Shown here in pieces: positions 53,740-61,937 of a DNA stretch of 64,000 nucleotides. The stretch is taken from IMG/VR virus record IMGVR_UViG_2799112954_000004, positions 1 through 64,000 of that record, one strand, 5' to 3'. This stretch comes from a virus. Its lineage: Duplodnaviria; Caudoviricetes. The notes beneath the pieces were generated by a model that worked only from the letters and a program-made list of their open reading frames with translations, ran no database searches and was not told the DNA's origin. The stretch's first letter is position 1. Each line of letters begins with the position of its first letter. The translations under genes were made by a program, and so were the position numbers.

Positions 53740-54081
53740 TTAGAATGATTCAAGGAACTTCTGCAGGTAAACGTCGCTCTTGATGTCCTGCAACTTGAGA
53801 GGCTTGAAAACGATGTCCCGCTCAACTGAGAGCCCCATACTGCTGCGTAGGGACTCGAGCTCTTGGAGGGTGAAGTAGCCTAACTCGCCATCACCATATC
53901 CATTGATCGCAACCCCGAAAAGCTCACCCGTCTCGAGGTTGGCTTCGGTAACGTACCACGTCCAGGCACCTTCTGGAAGGAAAAACTTTACTGAGCATAC
54001 AGCCGACTTCACGTCTCCGTTTTGTGAACGGAGAGGGTACTTTTGCAAGCGCTTCTTAACTTCTGCTGTCATTAACTTCAT
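53740..54081 (-). CDS. DUF2958-family protein
   Basis: KFFLPEGAWTWYVTE, GELGYFTLQELE, VERD..FKP. Confidence 0.85.
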   Translation of the reverse strand: MKLMTAEVKKRLQKYPLRSQNGDVKSAVCSVKFFLPEGAWTWYVTEANLETGELFGVAINGYGDGELGYFTLQELESLRSSMGLSVERDIVFKPLKLQDIKSDVYLQKFLESF

Positions 54082-54097
54082 AATTCTCTTGTTTTAT

Positions 54098-54188
54098 ATG
54101 TTTCTTATTTACAATAGTAAAGGTAGTGAATTTCACTGAATTACGCAAACGAAGCAACAGGTTTTTCCTTGTTCTGGAAATATTTAAC
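54098..54188 (-). promoter_or_regulatory. Class I repeated promoter/leader, copy 6
   Basis: TTTGCGTAATTCAGTGAAATTCAC-TACCTTTA-CTATTGTAAATAAGAAACAT. Confidence 0.8.
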
Positions 54189-54246
54189 TTTTACACTGAA
54201 AAAGGACCGCGCGGCTATTCCACGCAGCCCTTTTCTTGATCGCCAG

Positions 54247-54840
54247 TTAATACTTCTTGCCTCCGTGATGGTAGGGGCGCAATTCGTTGTAGTGCATCTT
54301 CTGCTTAATGTGCCACTCCAAGTCAATTCCGTGGATTCTTGCGATGGAGTGCAGGCACTGAAAGACAATCGCAATGTTATCCAACGGCTCACGCTTTTCT
54401 GACACGAGTTGCTTGACTGCAAGCATACTGATTTCTGTCAGCGTCTTACCATCGAGAGCTTCCTTGATTTCTTTGTCGGACTTCAGATTGCAATCAAATA
54501 CTACCAACTTTACAACGAAATCATCCGCCGTGTATAGCTCTCCAGCCATATCCATTATGCGGATACAGATGTCGCTTAGCTCATCCTCTACCGAATCCTT
54601 GATGCTTGCCTTGAAAGCATAGATGAAATCAGTATCATCAGCCCCAGGCTCCTTCATTCGTTTAATGAACCAATCTTTGTTAGCACGTTTGCCTTTTCGG
54701 TCTGCCTCAACCATTTCGCAGATCTCGGTAATAATCATCATCAGCCAATGGTCGGCAGATAGTTTCTTCTCGTGCCATCCATGACGGACAGCATTTTCGT
54801 GAACTCGGTTAACGAGCTTCATAAATTCTTCTTTATCCAT
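54247..54840 (-). CDS. MazG-like all-alpha NTP pyrophosphohydrolase
   Basis: LMMIITEICEMVEADRKG, VEDELSDICIR, KMHYNELRPYHHGGKKY. Confidence 0.75.
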   Translation of the reverse strand: MDKEEFMKLVNRVHENAVRHGWHEKKLSADHWLMMIITEICEMVEADRKGKRANKDWFIKRMKEPGADDTDFIYAFKASIKDSVEDELSDICIRIMDMAGELYTADDFVVKLVVFDCNLKSDKEIKEALDGKTLTEISMLAVKQLVSEKREPLDNIAIVFQCLHSIARIHGIDLEWHIKQKMHYNELRPYHHGGKKY

Positions 54841-54853
54841 TTTTCGTTTGCTC

Positions 54854-55135
54854 CTATACCCAGTCGATATGGTTCTCAGTTATGAAATAGTGACTCTTGC
54901 ACGGCAGGTTGTCACTTAAGATTGAGGGGCGTATTGTCACCTTACCGTCCTTGTCTATGATATTCCACAGGTACTTATTGAAAGCGATGTGGATCTGATT
55001 GCCACAACCGCACGGGCAGAGGTATGTGGCGCAACTGAACTCTCTGCTGATGTACAGCTTGCCGTGTTCCAACTTCTCCTTGTAAGGTAACTCGCCTTTC
55101 ACGAATACCGGCTCAAACTTTTGTAATTTATTCAT
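54854..55135 (-). CDS. DUF6527-like small Cys/His protein
   Basis: LCPCGCG...W...DGKVTIRPSI...CKSHYFI....IDW; true start MNKLQ at 55135. Confidence 0.75.
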   Translation of the reverse strand: MNKLQKFEPVFVKGELPYKEKLEHGKLYISREFSCATYLCPCGCGNQIHIAFNKYLWNIIDKDGKVTIRPSILSDNLPCKSHYFITENHIDWV

Positions 55136-55427
55136 TGTTATTGTTTTTATGCTTTCTTCTTGTTTCGGCTCTATGCTGTGCGTCATACTTATTGTGACAA
55201 CGCTGACAGAGAGCACGGAGGTTTTCTGGTCGGCAGTCTTCGGGCGTATGATTGAGGTGGGCTATTGTAAGCACAACCTTTATCATCTTTCCCTGGTCGT
55301 TCTTTACTATCGAATGGTTCAAACGCCCGCAGAACTCGCAACGGTTATTAGCACGCTTTAGGATGGCCTCACGTATCTGCTTCCAGTTCTTTGGATAGCG
55401 TGCCTTGTTTTCCGGTCTTATTGGCAT
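55128..55427 (-). CDS. HNH-like Zn-binding protein
   Basis: RYPKNW, CEFCG, VVLTIAHLNH.PEDC..ENLRALCQRCH. Confidence 0.8.
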   Translation of the reverse strand: MPIRPENKARYPKNWKQIREAILKRANNRCEFCGRLNHSIVKNDQGKMIKVVLTIAHLNHTPEDCRPENLRALCQRCHNKYDAQHRAETRRKHKNNNNE

Positions 55428-55558
55428 GGCTTATCTCCTTCCTCATCTTGAGTTTCGTCGAGATTGTCACGCGCATTGACGAGCATACAGACCGTCATTC
55501 CACCTAAGAAGACACCAACAAATACACCGAAAGCGAACGGAATGATAAAATCTACCAT
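55418..55558 (-). CDS. Small single-TM protein (46 aa)
   Basis: Not in ORF track: MVDFIIPFAFGVFVGVFLGGMTVCMLVNARD...; overlaps both neighbours. Confidence 0.6.
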   Translation of the reverse strand: MVDFIIPFAFGVFVGVFLGGMTVCMLVNARDNLDETQDEEGDKPCQ

Positions 55559-56451
55559 ACCTCACCTCCTTCCGGGAACTTAGGAATACGCTTCCAATAC
55601 TCAACCTTGTAGTTCGGTTCCATCTTGTTGCGTCTGTGCTCAAAGCCATTCTCGTCAACGAAGTCAGATGGCTTAGCTTGGTAGCCATTAGACGGATCAT
55701 TGGCGAGCGACACCATTTTCTCAAGCCTCTCGTCAGTTAATCTTCGGCTTATGTAAACGCCTTTATTCTTTCCGCCATTTCCATCATCATAAACGAAGCC
55801 AACAATTACGTTCTCTCCTTTCTTAGGCAGCTCCTTATCAACGCTCTTCCATTTGAGGACTTCGATACCGCCCTCGCATTGGCCGAGCAGATAAAACAAC
55901 CTTTCTCTCTCAGTGTTAAAGCTGGCCTTTGGCTGTCCGTTATCGCCTTGGCCCTGCATTTCTTGCTCGCCCTTTGGCCTTATTGGAATCGGCATCCAGT
56001 AATCAACGCCATACACGTTCCCATCAAACTGACATGGGTAGGTTCGAAATCCATTCTCGTCTGTGTCGTAGTCTCCGACTTTGTTTGCAGCAATCGTGTC
56101 AACGTTGTAGCTCATCCCGTAGTGGCTAACCAACACGAGTTGGTCTTCCTTTGGCAGGCGCTCCTTAACGCTTATCCAACGGCTGTTGGAGTGGGCTTTA
56201 AGGTAATCTTCCTCGTGAGCATTATACACTTTCTCGTCAATCTTCCATAAGTCTGTTATCTGACCCTGCAGATACTCAACACTGATGGAGTCGAGTTTGT
56301 TCTTTCTCGCATAGTCCAGCAGGTCGAGCAATTCCATTCTGGTTGCCATAACCATCGCCTGAGAGACAATCGTAGCAGACTCGGTGCCGGGCAGGAAAAT
56401 CTTTTGTTCTTCGCTCATAATGAAATCCCCGTATTGCCGATAGGTCAGCAT
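55552..56451 (-). CDS. Protein with two DUF551-like domains
   Basis: WISVKERLP...YWMPIP and WKSVDKELP...YWKRIP. Confidence 0.7.
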   Translation of the reverse strand: MLTYRQYGDFIMSEEQKIFLPGTESATIVSQAMVMATRMELLDLLDYARKNKLDSISVEYLQGQITDLWKIDEKVYNAHEEDYLKAHSNSRWISVKERLPKEDQLVLVSHYGMSYNVDTIAANKVGDYDTDENGFRTYPCQFDGNVYGVDYWMPIPIRPKGEQEMQGQGDNGQPKASFNTERERLFYLLGQCEGGIEVLKWKSVDKELPKKGENVIVGFVYDDGNGGKNKGVYISRRLTDERLEKMVSLANDPSNGYQAKPSDFVDENGFEHRRNKMEPNYKVEYWKRIPKFPEGGEVW

Positions 56452-56488
56452 TTAGAATGGCTACCGTTTATAGCAGTAGCCTTTGAGT

Positions 56489-56611
56489 TTAACCTTCGCA
56501 GATGATAGCAAGCTGACCGCAAGCGGCACCATTCTCAATCTCTGCCTTTGTTGCAATGGCTACAGCATAGTCATAGCCCATCTTCTCGAGCATTTTCTTA
56601 ATTGCTTCCAT
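56489..56611 (-). CDS. 40-aa peptide carrying the RlmN/Cfr C-terminal AACGQL motif
   Basis: Not in ORF track: MEAIKKMLEKMGYDYAVAIATKAEIENGAACGQLAIICEG, 59 nt after radical SAM stop. Confidence 0.75.
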   Translation of the reverse strand: MEAIKKMLEKMGYDYAVAIATKAEIENGAACGQLAIICEG

Positions 56612-56670
56612 ACTAATTAATTTTTAATTGAACAATGTTTATAAAATGCAGAATAGTCTGCGTCTCTTTA

Positions 56671-57456
56671 CTATACTAAATTAACTCCTTCGACAACACC
56701 TTTACCGCATCCATTTTTTTCAGACACTTCGTTAGGGTTAATGGGAGACAGCTTCACGAAGAAATACTCCGGATCGAAATACTTTCTCAACTTATCGCCA
56801 TCAAAATCGCTCTCGTCGATGAGCGTTAGGTTGATGGTGGTCTTTAGATTGCTCTTTGTGCGTATCTGCCCAAGTTCCTCAATACTCATCTTCTTTTTCA
56901 GTGGGATGAGCCAGTCTCTGTGCTTCTCGTCAAAGCTATGCAAGCTGATCTGCAGCGTCACATTACCTTCTACAAAAGAAAAGTCGCTACCCTTAATTCC
57001 TATGGTTGAAACGTAATGATGGGTGTTAGGGTATTTCTCGGAAATACGCTTAATCGCTTCTTTGACGGCCTCGATATTCAAGAACGGCTCTCCCATTCTT
57101 GTATAATTGATTTTGAACTCCTTAGCATCTAAGGGATTGCAGCCCGCATTATCGATAGCGAACTTAACTTGCTCTACAATCTCGTCGGCAGAAAGATTGC
57201 GCCAGTGCTGTTTCATGTTTCCAGTTGCGCAGAACTTGCAGTGTACCGGACATCCACTCATGGTTGAGACTCCTATCATCCATCGTTCTGAACGGTCTCC
57301 AAGGTTCTCATTATCCAATTTGTTCTGCTTTCTACCAATAGCGTCTTTCGTGTAGTACGGCAAGAAGGTGTCGGTGGTCTCAATCAGCTTGCCGTCATCA
57401 AGCTCCAGCGCGTATACAACGCCATTCTTAAACTTTTTGAATCTTTTTACTTTCAT
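56671..57456 (-). CDS. RlmN/Cfr-like radical SAM protein, C-terminally truncated
   Basis: GCPVHCKFCATG (CxxxCxxC), RNLSADEIVEQV, MGEPFLN, VSTIG, LQISLHS. Confidence 0.85.
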   Translation of the reverse strand: MKVKRFKKFKNGVVYALELDDGKLIETTDTFLPYYTKDAIGRKQNKLDNENLGDRSERWMIGVSTMSGCPVHCKFCATGNMKQHWRNLSADEIVEQVKFAIDNAGCNPLDAKEFKINYTRMGEPFLNIEAVKEAIKRISEKYPNTHHYVSTIGIKGSDFSFVEGNVTLQISLHSFDEKHRDWLIPLKKKMSIEELGQIRTKSNLKTTINLTLIDESDFDGDKLRKYFDPEYFFVKLSPINPNEVSEKNGCGKGVVEGVNLV

Positions 57457-57468
57457 AATCTTTATCTT

Positions 57469-58296
57469 TTAAAGTTGATAGTCAATGCCACATGCCATAG
57501 CAAACTGGTTGATATAGTCTCTCACCTGACCTATGACCAATTTGGCGTTAGGGTGAGGTCTGCCAGTCGTTCCGTAATAACGGAGGTTGATGATATGTTT
57601 CCAACGTCTTACACTGTAAGTGTAAACGACTTTTGTGGCTGTGTCGAGAGGGAGGACACCACGTGCGTCCTCGGGCTTCACTCCAGCTGCAAGTAACTGA
57701 AGATAGATTCCCTCCGAACCTTGCATTGCAGCAAGATATAGCTCACGCTTCTCCGTCTCTATATCCTCGTCCCAATACCAAGGCTTGCATATTTCCAGTC
57801 CGTATTTAGAGGCGCAATAGCGAGTGGAGCGTTCTGCAATGTTGTTTGGGCTCACTCTGTTCAGCTCTCTGCTTGTACTGATCTGCGTAGTGATGCAGAA
57901 AGTCATTCGGTATATATCGAACAGGCTTGGGTCACTTTTACAGAAATTAAGTATCTCGGCCGGAGAGAATTTCTCTCGAACTTGCTTCTCAAAAGCAAAC
58001 TGGCCATTGGTGGAGAAATAATAATCACTTTCATCTCCCCAAACAATCGAATCTACAAACTCGCTGCGCATACAATCCGGCACTCTCTCACAAGTATAGC
58101 TGCCATAGATGGAACTATGCCTTAGCATGCTTACATGGCCACGCTTGATTAAACCGTCATATAGCTTATCGTCTTCTTCTCCGGAGTGAAGTTTGCCTTC
58201 TCCTCCATAACAGACTCTTGCACATCTTGCAATGTGCTGTGATGGAGCAAGGTCTATCTCGCTCCAAAACTCAACTTTCGGATCAATCAGTTCCAT
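57469..58296 (-). CDS. thyX: FAD-dependent thymidylate synthase (divergent)
   Basis: ARCARVCY, GHVSMLRH, SRELNR...ERSTRYC, DARGVLP, HPNAK; RHRxxS motif altered to RVSPNN; start MELID at 58296. Confidence 0.75.
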   Translation of the reverse strand: MELIDPKVEFWSEIDLAPSQHIARCARVCYGGEGKLHSGEEDDKLYDGLIKRGHVSMLRHSSIYGSYTCERVPDCMRSEFVDSIVWGDESDYYFSTNGQFAFEKQVREKFSPAEILNFCKSDPSLFDIYRMTFCITTQISTSRELNRVSPNNIAERSTRYCASKYGLEICKPWYWDEDIETEKRELYLAAMQGSEGIYLQLLAAGVKPEDARGVLPLDTATKVVYTYSVRRWKHIINLRYYGTTGRPHPNAKLVIGQVRDYINQFAMACGIDYQL

Positions 58297-58906
58297 TTCT
58301 AACGATTTTATTATATGCCCATTGGACTGCCTTGATGCTCCACTCGCAATCTGCAAGGGCGTTATGTACTGTACCTTTGGTATCTATAAGGGAGTATGGG
58401 TCTTCTACGTTTGGCTCAAATACACGGGCGGTTTCCAAGAAATAGGTCCTCGCGTCTCGGACGTTGCGGAAGTGCCAGGGGATGGACTTCTCGTCACCAA
58501 ACACAACTCGGTAGGCATTTCTCAGCACTGCTATATCGAAGTCGGTTCCTTGCGTCCATATCATCAGCTCATCCGCCTTGCTATCCTTTTGCCATTGTTC
58601 CAGCCACTCGTTGAACTCTGACAGCACGTATGAGATTGGCTCTCCCCACTCAGTTTTAAAGTTCTCTTTAGCCTCCTGCTTCGACCACCACTCAATCGTT
58701 CCTTGATCGAACGACATACCGTACATTGCGCAAGTGGTAGCGTTGACATTCTTGACGAAATGAGACTCCGTCTTCTTATCGTCGGTAAACTGCTTAGTCT
58801 TGGAACCATCAAGCGTGAACGTCTTTGCAGCAATCTGGATAATGGCTGCTGTGGAGCGCAAGGACAGCGTTTCCACGTCGACCAACACGTCTAAATACTT
58901 TTTCAT
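58283..58906 (-). CDS. DEDD 3'-5' exonuclease (Rv2179c/DUF5051-like)
   Basis: VDVETLS...AAIIQIAA, TIEWW, WTQGTDFD, RDART, HNALADC. Confidence 0.85.
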   Translation of the reverse strand: MKKYLDVLVDVETLSLRSTAAIIQIAAKTFTLDGSKTKQFTDDKKTESHFVKNVNATTCAMYGMSFDQGTIEWWSKQEAKENFKTEWGEPISYVLSEFNEWLEQWQKDSKADELMIWTQGTDFDIAVLRNAYRVVFGDEKSIPWHFRNVRDARTYFLETARVFEPNVEDPYSLIDTKGTVHNALADCEWSIKAVQWAYNKIVRNGTD

Positions 58907-59412
58907 TTATCGCCTCCTTTCTGCTCATCGCTGTTGGCTACAACCTTACCAACGACCAAATCTTTTGCGTTCATGGCTGCTCTCACGATTGCGCTGTCAA
59001 CAGATGCTTTGGCTTCGCTCAGTCTCTCTATCTCGTTTTTCAAATAGTCAATCGCTTTCGTGAGGTCTTTAACCTCATCCTCGCCTGGTTTCCGGCCGGC
59101 CCGACAGATGTATTTCAGCGCATTCCCTTTGTTGAAGCTGAGGTATCTGCAAACGTCTTCAGCTTCTACCCCGTTCGGGAATGAGTAATAACTCTGTTTG
59201 TGGATGCCCTGCTTTTTCTCTGCGAAGACGATGGTCTCCTCATGGTGCTCGAAGTGGAAACCATCGGAGCAATAGAGGCCCTTGCCGTCGATGTTGCAGC
59301 CTCCAGTCTTCTCGTTGTAGAATGCACAAAGTCCGCATCTATCATCCTCGTTGTAAACGACATCATATTTCGTACCGTCAATGATGGCGTATGTTTCTTT
59401 ATTCTGCTCCAT
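58903..59412 (-). CDS. DUF3310 (SaV-like) domain protein
   Basis: FNKGNALKYICRAGRKPGEDEVKDLTKAIDYL. Confidence 0.8.
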   Translation of the reverse strand: MEQNKETYAIIDGTKYDVVYNEDDRCGLCAFYNEKTGGCNIDGKGLYCSDGFHFEHHEETIVFAEKKQGIHKQSYYSFPNGVEAEDVCRYLSFNKGNALKYICRAGRKPGEDEVKDLTKAIDYLKNEIERLSEAKASVDSAIVRAAMNAKDLVVGKVVANSDEQKGGDK

Positions 59413-59435
59413 AGCTTTTAACTTATTTTGGTAAC

Positions 59436-59460
59436 CTTGCGGCCTTGAAACGGCCGCAAG
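59436..59460. promoter_or_regulatory. GC-rich hairpin after DUF1566 gene
   Basis: cttgcggcc-ttgaaac-ggccgcaag, 15 nt after stop, no U-tract. Confidence 0.7.
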
Positions 59461-59475
59461 TATAAAGGGAGAAGG

Positions 59476-59913
59476 TTAAAGGTTAAACGCCGTGCAAGGT
59501 CGAACGCAGTAGTCGCCGGACTTATAGTTGTTGATGTAGACGTCGCCGTCACCGAAGTTCACGCCCCAACTGTAGTTCGCATTGACCTCGCTACTACTCC
59601 AATAGCACTCATACGTATTCAGCGGCTCGCCGCCCGTATCTTTCAGTGCTTTGTTCAGAACGTCACGATAGAGCCACATGGCAGCAAGCTGACCGGCTGT
59701 AGGGATGAACGCATCGTCATCCAACTCGAAAGCAAGGCCAGCCTTGCGGAGGTGAGCTGTGCAAGACTCCATATCGAAGTCATTCAGGGCCTCAATCTCA
59801 GCCTTGTAGAATGGAGAGCCGCTTTCTCTATCTGCATCCTCTTTCAGAAGCGTAGTTTCTCCACACTCAGCGTCACGAGGAGCGACAATCCAACTGTGGT
59901 CACGATAGATCAT
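59476..59913 (-). CDS. DUF1566/CLec-fold protein with VR-like C-terminus
   Basis: IPTAGQL, NKALKDTGGEPL, YWSSSE...SWGVNFGDG...VRPCTAF. Confidence 0.8.
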   Translation of the reverse strand: MIYRDHSWIVAPRDAECGETTLLKEDADRESGSPFYKAEIEALNDFDMESCTAHLRKAGLAFELDDDAFIPTAGQLAAMWLYRDVLNKALKDTGGEPLNTYECYWSSSEVNANYSWGVNFGDGDVYINNYKSGDYCVRPCTAFNL

Positions 59914-60131
59914 CAGTACCTTGGCTCGTTATACTCGCTGACAGGCTTAATCTCACCGGATGAGAATACAACATAGACTCCATCTTCAAGGGAGGTCTTG
60001 ACTTCTACACGCTTGCTCTCTGCAGGCTTTTCATCCTTGGTGATGAAATCCAACAGCGACTTAACCTCGGCAGTGCAGCTTGCATTGTTGGCTGCAACAC
60101 GCAACAATTTTAATTTTAATGATTCTTTCAT
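59913..60131 (-). CDS. Possible N-terminal half of the DUF1566 gene (frameshifted) or coupled small ORF
   Basis: TGATG overlap; LEDGVYVV motif; downstream frame reads AKVLMIYRDHSW upstream of its ATG. Confidence 0.55.
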   Translation of the reverse strand: MKESLKLKLLRVAANNASCTAEVKSLLDFITKDEKPAESKRVEVKTSLEDGVYVVFSSGEIKPVSEYNEPRY

Positions 60132-60151
60132 AAGTTATGAATTTAATTCGA

Positions 60152-60374
60152 TTAATAAAACCTTGCACCTGGTATCATCGTGTCTTCCATCGTCTTTACC
60201 CGATGCCATTTCTTTGGTCTGTCTCTTCTCATTTCGTAGTGGGCCTTGAAGGCGTTCATAAAATGACTACAGCCTTCTTGGCCGTCATCTACCAAAGTCC
60301 CGTGGTAGATACTTTTCTGGCACTCACATACCCCCCCCCGATGAGCAACTTAGACACTCGTCGCAGATCTTCAT
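60152..60374 (-). pseudogene. Cys-rich ORF interrupted at a G9 tract
   Basis: With G9 (60331-60339) stops after 16 codons; with G8 reads 73 aa MKICDECLSCSSGGVCECQKS...GARFY. Confidence 0.6.
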
Positions 60375-60517
60375 TTCTTACCTCTCTTTCCTTTCAGTTC
60401 AAGTGGAGCATACTTCTGACAGGTGCCGTTAAACAAGCCATCACCACACTCAATCATGCCGTTGAACATAACAGCATTGGTGCAGCTCTCGCACAAACCG
60501 TAATACTTATCTTCCAT
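60371..60517 (-). CDS. Small Cys-rich protein (48 aa)
   Basis: MEDKYYGLCESCTNAVMFNGMIECGDGLFNGTCQKY...; stop overlaps next ATG. Confidence 0.6.
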   Translation of the reverse strand: MEDKYYGLCESCTNAVMFNGMIECGDGLFNGTCQKYAPLELKGKRGKK

Positions 60518-60540
60518 ATCTCAGACTCTCTATGGTTGGA

Positions 60541-61122
60541 CTACAACGAAAGGCCAAAAGCCTTAATGCACTTCTCGAAAATCGCCTGGCACAGCTCAAT
60601 GTCGTAATTGGCATTATGGAGCTTATCCTCAGCGACCGTTACTCCAAGGTACTGGGCTACCGTGCTCTGCTTGAAGTTTGGCATTTGCGAACGCTTAGGA
60701 GCAAGCAAGGCTGATGCAAATATCATACAGTCCATGCTGTCGCTCCAAAAGTAGCTGCCGAAGTAATGGTTTCCATTCCTCTCAAAGAACGCACGGAAGA
60801 AGTCGTTATCAAACCGCACGTTGTTGAAGCCGACCAGGTACATCTTATCGGTCTTATCAAACTTATTCACGTACTTACTGAGGATGGCCATCACTTGCTT
60901 GTACGCCTCGCTTTGAGGCTGGTAGGAGGCAATCTGCCCACGTGTCACATTGCCGATTCTCAAAGCCTCGTCAGATATTTCGGCACCTGCAAACGGCTGC
61001 ATGTGGATGTCGAAAGTCTCTTTCACTACTCCGTCAATAATCACCTTACCGGATAACTGGTGGATGGCGTTTTTCGCACTACTCAGTCCAGTGGTCTCTA
61101 AATCATACAAAAAATACTTCAT
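60541..61122 (-). CDS. DnaQ-like DEDDh 3'-5' exonuclease
   Basis: YDLETTG, VGFNNVRFD, LHNANYDI. Confidence 0.9.
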   Translation of the reverse strand: MKYFLYDLETTGLSSAKNAIHQLSGKVIIDGVVKETFDIHMQPFAGAEISDEALRIGNVTRGQIASYQPQSEAYKQVMAILSKYVNKFDKTDKMYLVGFNNVRFDNDFFRAFFERNGNHYFGSYFWSDSMDCMIFASALLAPKRSQMPNFKQSTVAQYLGVTVAEDKLHNANYDIELCQAIFEKCIKAFGLSL

Positions 61123-61132
61123 GCTGTTATTT

Positions 61133-61717
61133 CTAATCGTTAAACTTTTCCATGTTCTTACCCCAATCCTTGGAGGCTCTTTTGCGGAGGATGCTCTTAG
61201 CCTTATTCTTCATCATGTCGTACATATCATCGCATTTGTACGCCCAGGCCAAATCTTTCATCAGCTTGGAGTTCTTGGAGAGGAAACGCAACTTCTCCTT
61301 GGCGCTCTTAGACAGATTTCGAATGTCGTCAAACTGCTCCATAACAAGCGTGTCGTCAACACGTTTCAGTACGTCATTGAAATCCATCGTTGCCGACTCG
61401 ATGATGTCGCAAGCCATGAACAACGTTACGATGAGCGTGTTGATCTCGGCTTTGTCCTCCTTGGAGATATTCAGAGTTCCGATGTCGATTCTCTCGGCTT
61501 CCTCGTTAGCTTCTTTCAGATACTCATAGACGACCTTTGAGAACAACGCCTCTATCGTCTGACCGATTTGCAACGCAGCCTGGAGGTTGCCTTGTCTCAC
61601 AAGAACTTGCTGATGGGTACGCATTTCAATTATTCTGGAGTCCATATCAAACTGCCTCCGCATCTGCTCCATCATCTCGCTTGGAACGTCACTTGCTTCA
61701 AGTTGGTTATTCTTCAT
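61133..61717 (-). CDS. Hypothetical helical protein
   Basis: Likely start MKNNQ at 61717 overlapping upstream stop. Confidence 0.65.
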   Translation of the reverse strand: MKNNQLEASDVPSEMMEQMRRQFDMDSRIIEMRTHQQVLVRQGNLQAALQIGQTIEALFSKVVYEYLKEANEEAERIDIGTLNISKEDKAEINTLIVTLFMACDIIESATMDFNDVLKRVDDTLVMEQFDDIRNLSKSAKEKLRFLSKNSKLMKDLAWAYKCDDMYDMMKNKAKSILRKRASKDWGKNMEKFND

Positions 61718-61884
61718 CTCTTGCTTCCTCCATACTCGTAATACTCTTCCTTGTAGCTCTTGCATTTGTAGTCACCACAAGCATCACCGGTAAGCTGGCA
61801 TCTCCAGTCCAGCTTATTTGCTCTGTTCGCCTCATAATTGGCGCAATAACGACAACTCCTGCAACGTTGGTTCTTATTCTCCAT
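61714..61884 (-). CDS. Small Cys-rich protein (56 aa)
   Basis: Not in ORF track: MENKNQRCRSCRYCANY...CQLTGDACGDYKCKSY... Confidence 0.6.
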   Translation of the reverse strand: MENKNQRCRSCRYCANYEANRANKLDWRCQLTGDACGDYKCKSYKEEYYEYGGSKR

Positions 61885-61937
61885 GCTCTTTGAACTTTAG
61901 AGGGAGGGAGGCTCGAAGCCTCTCTCCTAATGGTTTG

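Noticed and set aside
56612-56673. Stop-codon (TAG) recoding as explanation for split radical SAM gene
   Set aside because: TAG is followed immediately by TAA, and long genes throughout the window read normally in the standard code
59476-59600. DUF1566 C-terminus as second VR of TR 5284-5393
   Set aside because: Alignment fails at non-adenine positions beyond a 9-nt match
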